Of a stretch of DNA of 64,000 nucleotides, positions 20,270 to 34,100 are shown in pieces. The position numbers and the translations under genes were made by a program. The DNA comes from Azolla caroliniana (Eukaryota > Plantae > Polypodiophyta). How positions within the stretch are numbered: position 1 is the first letter of the stretch; the number at the start of each line of letters is the position of its first letter. Where the stretch lies: assembly GCA_043228905.1 (NCBI GenBank), contig JBHGNT010000018.1, positions 8,308,001 through 8,372,000 on the forward strand. The letters are read 5' to 3'. The notes under the pieces were generated by a model. The model did no database searches and was not told where the DNA came from. It worked only from the letters and a program-made list of their open reading frames with translations.

Positions 20270-23200
20270 TGATGGAAGAACCCATAGCCATCTCTGTACC
20301 TTGACTTAACTTCTTCCATGCGAGCACTATGTTCTAGAATCATCTTATGTTTATCTACATAACCATCTCTTCAATCTTCTCTCGGGCCTTAGAAACCTCG
20401 TTTTTCACAACATGAAGAGATCAATCGAGTTCTCTGTCTTTGATCATACATTCAATCAAAGAATTCTTCTTTCTGAGAAGTGCGGTGTAGAGGCCGCGAT
20501 AGCGGCGGTGGCGGTGGCGGTGGCGTTGATCACCTCATCCAAAAGGGAGGGAGGTTGCCAGTAACAACAATATAGGATCACAATAAACCTTTGATTTTGC
20601 CATATTTGAATTCCTTCCCTTCCAATTTATACCACTACCACGTGCAGGCACTTTTGCCTAGAATGCTGTCTTCAGTAGATGTGTTGAGAAGTGAGAGAAG
20701 GAAGAAGGTAACGAGCATGCAAAGGTATGTGATAACATTCTTCTTCACCATAGTTGCTACAGAAGCAGGTTAGCTTCCCACGAAACCCTAAACCGAAAGA
20801 TAGAGTGTATGTATGAAGAAGGGAGAAGGGGGAAACAATATATTGCGGTAGGAACCGACGAATCTCCTCTACAGTAATGCCCACCATTCCTGTGCCTGCA
20901 CCAACAGACACACACACACAAACATACACACAAGGATGGAGAGAGAGAGAGATGGATATGACATAAAGCTCCTTTCTTCAGGAAGGTAGATAAACACATG
21001 GAGATTAGTGATGGAGAGGGAGAGTGGGAGAAGAGAGGGGTTGAAAGGCCATGTCCATCATGCCTTCGATACATATAAAAATAGAAACAAGAGAAATTGT
21101 AGAGTGGCTCACACAAAGAGTCCATGCACACACCATTCTCTAACATGAAGAATGACAAAGAGTGGGAGAGAGAGATTAGTGATGGTGAGGGAGAGTGAGG
21201 GACAGACATCCTCTCAAGGGAGGTCGGTCGTTCAGGCGTGCCAATGTTATGGGTAGGGGGTGAAGCCTAGAATGGCTTCACCCCCCTCCGAATGGGGTTA
21301 CAGTAGAGAGAGAGAAAAGGAGAGTGAAAATCAGAAATGACACAAAAATGAGAGGGGAAAAGGATATATTCATTACATGCCCATAAGGGGTTTATATAAT
21401 ACATCCAATGTAACAGTTACATGACCGTAACAAATAAGACTGTTACGCATTCTTGTACAAATGCACATAATTGTGCATGTGTTCATACACATACTCATCC
21501 TTACACACTCATTCATATTACACATTACACACCATACACATTACACCTTAACCCTCTCGTACACCTATACGGGTAACACTTGGTTTCGTCTATTTTCTGA
21601 AGGAATGGACTTCATCAAACCTTGAGTTCCGAAAGTTCACTTTTTAAGGAGTCAATTTTTGCAGAGTGTTGGCAAGATGCTCGTTGATCCTCTTCCTCCA
21701 CTTATGTTAACTTTGTGGCTGCATGGTCCTGCACGACCTTGAGAGTTGCGGCGATATTTTTGTTTGTTATCTAGAGCTGGCTGTTCGGGTCTCAAGCAAT
21801 TGTTGGAGGTTAGCTTCACGTTTTGCTGCTTGTTTCTTCAGGTGATCAGCTTCAAGTTTAGGTGTTTCATAACACTTCTTGGCCTTGTCAACGATCACCG
21901 TTTGGACCGTGAGCTCCTCTTTGTAGTTGCGTTTGGGCTTTCTACCGTAACGGAGTCAGTGGGTCCATTGGTTTGTGTGGACACATTCACAGGCTTGGGG
22001 GGTTTGGTCTTATCCGTTCGGATAGACACGTCGACGAGGTTGGACACTGGGGGTGGTAAGGTGAGGAGTTTGGGTTCGCCTATTTCGTGGAGCCGTTGTT
22101 GAAGCTCCATCAGGCGCCTTTCCGAGGCCTGCCATAACTCCGTGGCTGTTTTTGCTTGTTTGCGTGTATGTTTGCTACTAGTAGCCATGTCTTTCGTGGT
22201 GCGGGTTCCTTTCTCCAATTCACGGTGTCGTGAAGATCCCCGGTCATGGTGAGAAACCGGGGAATATCGGAAGAATCGGCGGAGTGCATCATGTGCACTT
22301 ACCATTGTACAAAACATGTGAATAATAGGGGTGCCTTTATGGTGCCGAGTAGGAGTCAAGTCGGGATGGAGAATCCCATGAAAATCGGGATTTATCCCAC
22401 ATTGTAACGTATCCCTCTCCTTGTTCTATAAAAGGAAGGGAGCGCCCTTTGTAAAAGGGTTGCCCATTTTGAGTTAGGAAGGGTATACCATGTAGGTTTA
22501 GGGTTCGGTGGTTTTCCTGGACTTCATCTTATTCCTATTCTTAGGGTTTCTACTTTCGTCTTTTCACCCTATTTCGTTTAGGGGTTTCATTTGGTAGCGT
22601 CTTCTTCTTCTTACTTTTTGTTTCGGTTAGTGTTCTTCGACTTCTTCTTCTCCTTCGTGTCTGTTAAGGGTTTAGTCTAGTGAAGAGCTTATATGTTCAA
22701 TGGGGTTTGCTTCTGCTCGGTTTCCTGTGCAAGACCCCGCTCGACGCAACGAGCTCGAGAGCTCCCTGATCGGCGGCTTGGCAACAGATGGTTGTTGTAA
22801 CCTAACCTACCTTGGTCTGGCTCGAAGCCGGAGTTGTATTTGGCTCTTGTAACTATATATGTAAAGGGGTGTGCATATTTGTGTTTCTATTGGTAACAAG
22901 TGCGTTTCTCCCCCCTTTGTTTTTAGTACATAAAGGCGTGAGTTAGGCCGGTGCTGCGTGCGTGCATGCTCTCTCTCTCTGTCCATCTCGCCCTCTTTTC
23001 TTTTCGGTAGCCTCCTGTACCCAAACCGGTAAGGATCTGGTTTTGTGCTACTCTAGTGCGGCCGGTCACGGAGGGTGTCAGTCTTCCGGTACCCTCTACT
23101 CCCTAGTCCAAGACCCCCACGGTCCCACCTTGGATCCTACACGTACTCGTGGAATATCGCGACATCTTTGGTGAACCCGACGTGAAAGGAGGCAAGGGGG

Positions 23201-26200
23201 GGGAGTTGGAAGACAATGACTTCGCGGAGATGATGGCTGATGTGGTGTTGGAGTTCAAACGAGTGGTGGTGAGGCGAGAAGCAACTCAACAAGCTATTTA
23301 TCGAGTGGTTGAAACAGTCGGCCATTTCAACGGGGACAAAATTCTATTCTACTTGGAAGCCTACAACGCTGAAATGGAGGAGCGAGATGTAGACAAGGTG
23401 TTGAGGCTGGAGTTCTTCTGTCGGGTTGTCTTTGTCCGTATGCATGTGGAAGTGAAGGAGCTCCGAGAAGCTCGCAGTTCGTGGGAGGCCTTCGAAGATG
23501 CGCTCCTGCATGCATATGAAGGACGGCGGAAGAGCCGGGGACGGCGCGACTTCGACTAGTGGGTTGCATCAGCGAAGACCCATCGGGGTGCAACGAAGGT
23601 GTTCCAACAGTTCAAGGGGCGGCTTGCTCGGCTCCCGGAGCGGGAGCAAAGTCTGGTGGGGGCAGACAAAGACCTGTTGTTCGTTAGGTCGATAGACCAA
23701 GCGGAACAGGAGGCCATCGGGATTGAGTTCGAAGACGATGATGGAGTGAATGGCCTTACCGAAGACTAGTTGGAAGTCGAACAAGTATGCCGACAGTTGG
23801 ATGAGGAGCGGTCCGCGAAGGGAAAAAGGAAGATAACGCATGACGGCGTGTCCTCATGGCAGGAAGTAGGCACGCAACAAGAAGGATAGGCGAAGCTCGA
23901 TGTTGAAGCCTTGGTCCGGGAAGCGTTCGAGGCTTTGAAGGCGATGGTCGACGAAGAATAGAGATCCGACACGCAGGTGGTTTCTGAAGACACAGAGCAA
24001 GTCGGCCTTCCGGACAAGGCGGACGTGGCCCAGGCGGAGGCTGAGGAATGGTACAATGGTACCACAGGAGAGCATGTGGACCGAGACACCCTCTCGAGTA
24101 GCTGAGAAAGATTGGCCAAGGAGGAGGTCGGTAATGGAGAAGAGCCCTCCATGCGGATTCCGGAGACTCCGACAGTCGAGCCCCTGTGCTGACATAAGAC
24201 TAGAGAGATGGAAAGCGCCATCGAGGAGTCCTAGCACGATGCCAGTGAAGATGGATGGGAAACGAGTTGCGAGGAGCAGAAGAAAGGGGAAATGAGAGTC
24301 GGCACTAAAGGGAGCGGAATTGGAAGTCGACTCGACCGGGGATCAAATTTCTCGATGTTCGGATTCGGGTGGAGCACGATCCGGACATGGATCGTTCGAT
24401 AGGGGCAAGGTTTAGTATGAAGGTGCTGATACGGGAGAGAGTGCGGGACGAGCCGACCTCTTTTACATGGGGAGAAAGACCGACCAAGAGAAGGTCGAGA
24501 ATCGGGAAGAAGATGATCGAGAGTTCAGAACGAGTCCGGTGGGATCGGCATCGGAGCCGAAACTCCGGACATTAGAGAATCAAGCCTAGCTGGGGCTTGA
24601 TCGATCATAGAGCGGATGCTTTCCACCGACACCACTAGCAGGGTTGGTGGCCTGGGACAAGTTGTCAGGAGTCGTCACGAAATCGGTGTCCCCACATCTT
24701 GACCGGAGACTTCGGCAGTTCGGCCGGTGTGGCAACGTGAGACCGAAAGAGAAGGGAGATAGTGGGGAAGCGCAAAGAAGAGGATCTACAGTGGCGGGGA
24801 GAAACGAAAGAGGTGGTTGACTGAAGTATGGGTCCTCCACACTCGTTCCCGAGACTTAGGCGGTAGCGTCCGAGAACCAACGGAAGACTTAAGAGACAGA
24901 AAGTGGCGGCGAGGACGCGGAGGTCACGGCCAATACAATCAATCTGAAAGCAAAGAATGGAAGACCGGTCCTATGGGTCACCTCACACCGGGCTAGAGAC
25001 TTCGGCGGTCGGTGTCCGATCCGACGTAAGACCAAGATACTGATGGTGGCGGCAGGAGAACGGGACCCGGCAATGCAGAGAGAGATCGGAGGAGCCCAGA
25101 CGAGAACCGGGCAGGGCAGACTTCCAGATAACCGATCCGGAAGGGTGGAGGAATCAGGCCTACAGAGAGGCCGGGAACATGGTACCACGGTACCACGGGA
25201 GAGGGTGTGGAGCCAGGCACCCTCTCCACATGCTAAGAAGGAAGACTCGGGATAGGGTCGGAAAGACGGGAGGCCCAAGGACGATCCTTCACACCGGATC
25301 TAGAGACTTCGGCAGTCGGTAGCGGAACCGACGTAAGACCAAGATACTGACGATGGCGGCGAGGGGACGAGGGCAAAGGCAGCGGATGGGCGATCCTACG
25401 GCGATCCTCACACCGATCCGGAGACTCCGGCGGTCGGTCCGAGAGCCGGTATGAGACCTAGAGAGATGGACGATGGTGGTAGGTGAACAGGATCCCGAGA
25501 TACGACGTAGAAGTGCGAAAGACGGTCCTATGGGATTCTCACACTGATCCGAAGATACCGACAGTTCAAGTCGACATGGCAACGTGAGACCGAGTCAGAA
25601 GGATGGTGGTGGCAGGAAACGGGAACCAACGATGCGGGAAGTGCGGATGGGCGATCTTACGGTGATCCTCACACCAATCCGGATACTCTGGTGGTTGGCT
25701 CGAGACCTAGAGAGATGGACGGTGGCGGCAGGTGAACGGGATCCCAAGATACGACATAGAAGTGCGAAAGACGGTCCTATGGGATCCTCACACCGATCCG
25801 GAGACACCAGCAATTCAAGCCGACATGGCAACGTGAGACCGAGTGAGAAGGATGGTGGCGGCAGGAAATGGGAACCGGAGATGCAGCAAGTGCGGATGGG
25901 CGATCCTACGGCGATCCTCACACCAATCCGGAGACTTCGGCGGTCGGCATCGGATCCGACGTAAGACCAAGATACTGACAGTGCCGGAAGGTGAACGGGA
26001 TCAAGCAGAAGGGCTGAGAAAGAGGTATCAGGTGGGCGAAGCGGCCACAAACCAGATACAGACCCTACCAGTAGAGTCGGCAGGACAAAGATCGGACGCG
26101 CTCGGTACATAAGTCGGTGACCCAACAAATCGGAGCCGAAGAAGGATCCTATTCACTTGCTCAAAGACCCCGGTAGTTTGGCCGACGTGGCAACGTGAGA

Positions 26201-29200
26201 CCTAGGGTAATGGAAGGTGGCGGCAAGGGAATGAAGGAGGCAATAGCAGAAGCACCGAATAACCAAGGTGTCACGCGAACGAAGGAGGCCATGCGGGCCG
26301 GAACGCATCAAGGGTGATCTTCCGGTAAGCTGTCGGGGACACCCGATCAAGGGACGGTGCGTCAAACCGGAAAGGGCACACCCAAAAGCGGATTAGAAGA
26401 AGTGCGAGTGGCCATCAAGGGCCAAAGTGAAGCACGAGTACGGGGCAGTGTTCAGCACAGACGGTGCCGAACAAGGAAGGCGGAAGACAGCACACGGAGG
26501 TGCCGGGAACAAGAGCACGGGCACGTAACAAACTACGCAAATTGGAGACCAGAAACAGGATCAAGGGCCGGAGAATGATCCTCCACACCCGCTTCGGAGA
26601 TCTCAGCGTCCCAATCGGAGTGGCAACGACTGGCGTGGCAAGCCGAACCTGAGGTAACAAGCTGGTGGGGGCGAGGGGACGACGCCAAGCGGAAGGCTCC
26701 AAATTGGTGGCAATAGTGCAAGACGAAAGTGGCCAAGCGGGCTACTACGGGGTGTTCCTCGGACGCGGAGGGCACCAGTATGTGGAGAAGCGGCGATGCA
26801 TCATCTGGTCGGGAAAGGGCCAACGACGCATCCATGGGAAGTAACCGGAGTTCGGCATGGACGAAGCGGAACACAAGAAGGGGATGTGCGGCACACGGAG
26901 GTGCTAGAGCGGGAATACAGACGCAAAGATGGGTTGCCGGTTCAGGTGATCTCGCGCAGAAGGCCGGAGAGGGAACCTCCACACTAGTTCCGGAGACCTT
27001 GGCAATTCAGCCGCCATGGCAACGTAAGACCAAGGAGAAGGTTGGTGGCGGCGAGGGGATGAAGGCGGTGGAGATCAGCGTGGAACGAGAATCGGGACGA
27101 CACGAAGGTCGACGAAGGCCAAGCGGGCCATTACGGGTGCTTCTCCGACGCAGGACACCGCGTAACCAAAGGGATGAGAAGTGTGCATGCAGTGGGAAAT
27201 AAGGGCCAACGGGGAAGCACGCACACTACGGGATTGCGACGAATGAGCTATCGACGGGTCGAACAAGCCTACGGTGAGGCAAACGCGGAGAAGGAACCGG
27301 AGCCGACGGTTAGGACCGGCGAGGCCAACACGCAGCCGGAATGCGGATTACGGAAGATCGGTTCCTCACCGGCTGGAATCTCTCACCCTTCTCCGAACAT
27401 GGCACGTACTAGTGGACGTGCGGTTTGGTGGGGGCGGATGTTGTGAAGATTATGGACCATGGTGAGAAACCGGGAAATATCGGAAGAATCGGCGGAGTGC
27501 ATCATGTGCACTTACCCTTGTAAAAAATGAGTGAATAATAGGGGTGCCTTTATGCCACTGACTAGGAGTCAAGTTAGGATGGAGAATCCCATGAAAATCA
27601 GGATTTATCCCACATTATAACGCATCCCTCTCCTTATTCTATAAAAGGAAGGGAGCGCCCTTTATAAAAGGGTTGCCCATTTTAAGTTAGGAAGGGTATA
27701 CCGCGTAGGTCTAGGTTTCGGTAGTTTTCTTGGTCTTCATCTTATTCCTATTTTTAGGGTTTGTACTTTGGTCTTTTCACCCTATTTCGTTTAGGCTTTT
27801 CATTTGATGGCTTCTTCTTCTTCTTAAGTTCTGTTCTGGATAGGGCTCTTCGACTTCTTCTTCTCCTTCGTGTCTGTTTAGGGTTTAGTCTGGTGAAGAG
27901 CTTGTATATTCAGTGGGGTTTGCTTCTGCTCGATATCCTGTGCAAGACACCGTTCGGCGTGACGAGCCCGAGAGCTCCTTGATTAGCGGCTTGGCAACAT
28001 ACAGCTGTTGTAAACTAACCTACCTTGTTCGGGCTCGAAGCCAGAGTTGTATTTGGCCCTTGTAACTATATATGTAAAGGGTTGTGCATATTTGTGTTTT
28101 TGTTGGTGTCAGGTGCGTTTCTTCCCCCTTTGTTTTTAGTACATAACGACGTGAGTTAGGTCGGTGCTGCATGCATGGGTGCTCTCTCTCTCTCTGTCCA
28201 TCTATTCAGTAGGCTCCTGTACCCAAACCGATAACGATCCGGTTTTGTGCTACTCTAGTGCGGCCGGTCACAAAGGGTGTCAGTCGTCTGGTGTCGTGTA
28301 GTTACGCTCTTCGTGTGCGGAAAGACCCGGAACCGTGGGGGCCTTGAACCAACGAGCGTGTGAAGGAAGAGAGAGAGAGCAGCTTGCAGAAACAAAGAGG
28401 GAGAAAGAGAGAGAGAACGAAGTCTTAATTACAAAATCAATAACGATTACAACCGGCAAGCCGACAACGGACCCAACTCAGGCGAACGCACACACACACG
28501 ATGCTCACGCACGCACACAGCCCCGACTGCACTGTGGAGCCTCGCCGGAAGCACACGAGCGGGCTGTCCACGAAGCAGAGGCAACTCAGTCCAAAATCCT
28601 GCAGAGAATGATGAATGATGGAGGAGAGAGCTCGGTCCCAGTTCGATAGCACTTCGTCCTCGCTCCTAAAAAAAAACGATTCCTTTTCCGCCTTCTTCCT
28701 TTCCTTTTATAGGCCGTCCAAGCAGGCCTTTGCACCCTCGTTTTCTTCAATTTATTCTCTATCCTTTCGGGCAGAGATACTCTTTGGTTCCCTTGGCATT
28801 CAATGCGTCACATCTAGCCTATTTACACCCACCGTCCTACTCCTAGTTATGTACGAGGTATTAATGGGTGTGGAAAAGTGTAGAACCGGTTGAGGCGCCC
28901 TGCTTTGCTGATTCTGCTCTTGGCTAGTTTTCTTCATGACATCCACCCCCACCAAACCGCGCATCCATCGGTATGCGCCGGAGAGGGACAAATACCGGAG
29001 AAAACCGGCTCGCGTTCACTCGTTGTACTCCGAGCTATCGGCGTTCCCGAACCGATCGTCGTCGTCATCGCTCGCGCGCTTCGGCTCATCTTCGTACCAC
29101 TTCTTGAAAGCTTTAATCCGCTTCCCGGCTATCGGCACCGCCAATCGTTTCCTATCGAGCCCCGCAAGATGGTACGTGTCGTTGTCGTTTGTGCTCGTCA

Positions 29201-31139
29201 CCGTGTACGGCCCGAACCATCTCCTCGTGAATTTGCGGGTTGCCTTGTGCTGGTTGTCGAGGCTGCTGTCGTAAACCAGCACCCAGTCACCTTCCTCGAT
29301 CATCTTTGGTCGTACCCAATGCGTCCGGTCACACCGGGCTTTGTTTCGTGCCCTTGCCGCGCGCAGCTTCTCCTTCGCCCGTTCCACGTCCTTCGGCCTC
29401 CGGTCAAGTTACCGGATCCGCGCCGCCAACAACTCTTCCTGGCTCATTTCGTCATGAGATACACCATCCACTTGAAGTGGATGGTCGGAGGGTAGGTCGG
29501 GTGAAGCTCGTCTCGATGTCGAACTATGGAGTGCATCTGACAGCTTTCGCAAGTCGTTACGAACCGATGCACGTCCCGCTATAGTCCCGGCCACCAGTAC
29601 TTCCCCATTAGCTTCTTGAATGTGGTCCATGTCCCGCGGTGTCCGGCCTAAGGACTGTCGTGGTACGCCATAAGCGGCGCTTTCTGCTTGTCCTCCCTCC
29701 CCACTACGCGGAGTGGGGTGCCGCTTTGCTTCTTTGGGAGCTTCCATATGCGCCCTTCTTGTAGGAAGAACCGTTATGCCTTCTTTCGCACCTGGCAGGC
29801 CTCTTCTCTCGTCCACGCCGCCTCCGACGTCATCGTCCATAGGAACCTCCCGATTCGGAGCCACTCTCCGCCGTATCCGCTCTCGTCGAACTCATTAAGC
29901 GCCGGAGTGCTCCCCGTCCCAGTTGTCACGCCAGCTGATCCGAATAAGTCCTCGCCGACATCTTCGTCTTCCGAAACCATGTTGTCCTCGTCGCTGAACC
30001 GCGCCCTCGAAAGCATGTTGGCCATGGCGTTCTCCTTTCCGGAAATGTGTCGTATGTCCGGATTCAGGGACTTGACGTACACTATCCACCGGAGCATTGG
30101 CAGGTCCAGCGTCGCGCATTCGGAAACCATACCGAGAATTGGTAGGGAATCCGTCTCAATGATTACTTCCGTCCCGATCAGATAATCTTTGTCGGCCTTA
30201 ACTGCCGAATCGATACCCCATAGCTCGCGTTTGACTTGGGCATATCCTCGCTGCCGCTCGCTCAATACCTTCGCCCCGAACTAGATCGTGATTCATACGC
30301 TGTCCTTGTCCTCCTGACTGATCACTTACCTGATCCCGGTCAGGCTCGTGTCCACCGTCACGTAGATGGGGACTTCCTTGCCATAAACCGCTTTCCGGAG
30401 AGCCGGTGCCGTAGCAAGCGCCTCCTTCAGTCTCCGGACCGACTCCGTGTGCTTTGTCCTCCACTCGAACCTACGCCCTTTCTTCAATAGCTAGTAGAGC
30501 GGTTCCACGACATGTGCGTAGTGCGGAATCTAGATGTGGTAGAACACCCACGCACCCAAGAATCTGCGGACCTCCATAACAGACCCGCAATAATCCTTCA
30601 TCATGGAGATGGCTTCTACCTTTGCTGGGGACGGTTTCCGGCCATAGGGTCCGCATAGGTGTCCAACTACCAGGAACTCTGTCTGGCCGAACGCTGATTT
30701 CTCTCCGGAGAAGGTGAGCCGCGCGCTCTCGAGCCTCTACAACATCTTATCGCAGTCGTTGATGTGGTTCACGACGAACCTCCAGCATCCGTCCGGCCCG
30801 ACCGTTTTGTCTGCATCCTCTACCGGACACCCTTTTATCGGTATGTCGTCTAGGAATGGCATAGTGATGTCCAGGATGCAGTTCCTCAGCACCTTGTTCA
30901 TTGCGTTTACCATGTGCGCCACCGAATTCGTTCCTCCTTGCGGTAGGGTACACATCCGCACCATGCCGAGAGGAGTCCGCATTGTCGTGATGTCCCTGCT
31001 CTCTACGGCTAGTTGGAACTACCTGTACCCGAGTATAAGTCATCGACCGAATAGATCGACCTTTCAGCGAAGACCTTCGCAAACTCATCTATGGTCGGCC
31101 CGATTCCTGCATTACGGATGGTAACCTTGTTGACCGGTT

Positions 31140-34100
31140 TGTTGGGAATCAACGCTTGGATTCACCTTCACCACTCGGCCACAACCGATTAATCGCGGAT
31201 CAATGTAGCAGAAAATAGGAAATACAGAGAAAGACGCGATACACAGGGATTAACGTGGAAAACCCTATACGGGAAAAACCACGGGAGTGCGAGACTCCGA
31301 ACCAAACTATGCACAGAGAAATATACAATGGCGAGCTGCAAGGCAACGACCTTGAGCTCGCTGTCCTCGCCACAGGCGGCGGAAATACACAGAGGCGTCT
31401 ACCTCTTCCTCTCTCGCGCTCTATCTCTCTCTCTCTCTCACGGCTGCTCCCTCTTCACTCCTCTTGAGTGGAAAAACAGAAAAATAATGAGCAACAGAAA
31501 AACTGTTTGCCCTAAGTCATATTTATACTTATATGACTTTGGGCTATTTACAACTATAGCCTCAGGGGGCTCGTAGCGAACATATTCACGGATATGTCCC
31601 TGCATCCGGATCGCTCTTCGGGTACATTCGTCATCCGGCACCGAAGCCGGGGTCTTCGTCATCCGGATCCGAAACCGAAACCGGGCTTGTCGGCATTCAT
31701 CTCCGATATCCGACCATCCCATCCGAAAGGGACCGTAATCCCAACAAACTCCCCCTTCACTTCGGCATGGGATGTCTCTCCAATCCGACCCTCTTCCGGC
31801 ATGCTTCCAGCTTGTCGGGTGTGAGGACCTTGGTCAGCATATCCGACCCGTTCTCGTCCGTGTGGATCTTCGTCAGCACGAACTCCTTGTCCTCTATCCT
31901 TTCCCGGATCCAATGGTATCTACGCTGGATGTGTTTCGTCCGGGAATGGTAGGCCGCGTTCTTCGCAAGGTGGATGGCACTCTGACTATCGCAGTAGAGT
32001 CGGTACTCCTCTTGCCGGATACCGAGCTCTCTAATGAAGTCCTTCATCCATATTATTTCCTTGCCGGCTTCAACAGCCGCCATGTACTCCGCCTCCGTGG
32101 TTGACAACGCAACCGTCTTCTGCAGCCTCGACTGCCACGAAACAGCTCCCCCTGCATACGTCATCACATACCCTGATGTGGACCGGCTGGTATCTGCATC
32201 AGCCGACATATCAGAATCAGTAAAGCCTTCGAGTTCGGGCTTACCGGAGCCGAATCGGAGGCACACGTTTGCCGTGCCCTTCAGGTATCGGAGTATCCAC
32301 TTGGCCGCGTTCCAATGCTCTTTGCCGGGATTGCTCATGTACCGGCTCACCACTCCGACTGCATATCCGATGTCCGGTCTCGTACACACCATGGCGTACA
32401 TCAAGCTCCCGACAGCTGAGGCATACGGCACTTTCATCATATCCTCCTTTTCAGCCTTTGTCTTGGGACTTTGCTTGCTGGACAACTTGCAGTTTGCCGG
32501 TAGGGTTGATCCGACCGGTCTTGCTTCCGACATGTTGAACCGTTGAAGCACCTTTGTCACGTACTTCTCTTGTGACAGCCACAACTGCTTCTTGCTCCGG
32601 TCCCGGATGATGTGCATCCCTAGTATTTGCCTCGCCGGACCCAGGTCCTTCATTGAGAAGGTTCGGTGAAGAGCCTTCTTCAGCATCCGTATCTTGACCT
32701 GGTCCCGTCCGACGATCAACATGTCGTCCACGTACAGGAGGAGTATTAGGGAGTCTCCTCCTTCGAACTTCTTCACAAACACGCAGTGGTCGGACTGCGT
32801 TTTGAGGTACCCTTCGTCGGTCATGAAGGAGTCGAACTTCCGGTACCATTGCCGGGGAGCCTGCTTCAGTCCGTAAAGGCTCTTCTTCAACCGGCATACC
32901 AGGTGCTCCTTCCCTTTCTTCTCGAATCCTTCCGGTTGCTGCATGTAGATCTCTTCTTCGAGGTCACCGTGAAGGAATGCCGTCTTCACGTCCATCTGTT
33001 CTACCTCGAGGTCCATGCTTGCCGCTATGCTCAGCACCGTCCGGATGGAGGTCATCTTCACTACCGGGGCAAATATCTCGTCGAAGTCGACGCCCTTCTT
33101 CTGCTGAAACCCCTTCACCACGATCCTGGCTTTGTATCTCGGGGGGTTTCCGGCATCTCCCAGTTTCAGCTTGAACACCCACTTGTTTCGCAGTGCCCGC
33201 TTTCCTTTCGGCAACTCCACAAGTTCATATGTGTGGTTCTCATGCAGGGAATCCATCTCGTCCTGCATGGCACTCAACCACCTGCGGCTCTGGGTGTCAT
33301 GCTTTGCTTCTTCAAAGCTCTCCGGCTCCCCCTCGTCGGTTAGCAACACGTGCTCTGGTTCCGGAAATCTCCGGGGGGCCCTTCTCTCTCTTAGAGGGTA
33401 TCTCCGTTCCGGAGCTTCGGTAACCGGTTCTTCCGATTCTTCTTCTTCATCCGAATCCATTTCGGGATCGGGGCCGGTTCCGGTATCATTTTCATCTTCT
33501 TCGGCCGGTTCTGTTTCTTCACCGTCTTCGGCCGGATCCTCGAGTGCTAACCGGTCCCTTGCCGGTCGGGACTGCTCCTCGTAGAGTTGATCCTCACCGA
33601 TCGACTTGGAGCTCTTCATCTTCTTCTCCGACTCCCAGTCGGCGAGCGTCTTGTTCTCCATGAAGATGATATCACGACTCCTGAATATCTTCTTGTCGAC
33701 CGGGTCCCATACTCGGTAGCCAAACTCGTCGTCACCGTAACCGAGGAATATGCATGGCCGGGTCTTAGGATCTAGCTTTCCTCTCCGGTCCTTTGCCACA
33801 TGCACGTATGCTAGACACCCGAACACCTTCAGATGCCGGTAGGACACTTCCTTACCGGTCCACACTCTCTGCGGCGTGTCTCCGTCCAAAGGAACTGAGG
33901 GTGATCTGTTTATCACATATGTCGCCGTCGACATTGCCTCAGCCCAAAACCCCTTGGGTAATTTCGCATGCGCCAGCATACTCCGGACCCGCTCCATTAT
34001 GGTCCGGTTCATCCTCTCGGCCAGCCCGTTCAGTTCCGGCGTCTTCGGCACAGTAAACTCGAGTCGGATTCCCTTCGAGCGACAGTACTCCTGGAACTGC

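Larger units (their letters stand above)
6856..21578 (-). mobile_element. Non-autonomous LTR element hosting the DNA transposon (in its left LTR) and a Copia (internal)
   Basis: Left LTR 6856-7109 plus 13534-13567 aligns to 21316-21578 of the right LTR 21245-21578 (tgtt...aaca); minus-strand PBS-like TGGCACGCCTG at 21233-21243; about 2.1 kb of own internal sequence with no gag/pol. TSD not testable because the left end is truncated. Confidence 0.7.

Noticed and set aside
21579-22225. Minus-strand ORF fragment (MATSSKHTRKQ...)
   Set aside because: Probably a decayed transposon ORF, but it has no recognisable motif, so it is left unannotated.
23169-23185. tRNA gene
   Set aside because: Only a 17-nt primer-binding complement; no cloverleaf. 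The same applies to the other PBS motifs.
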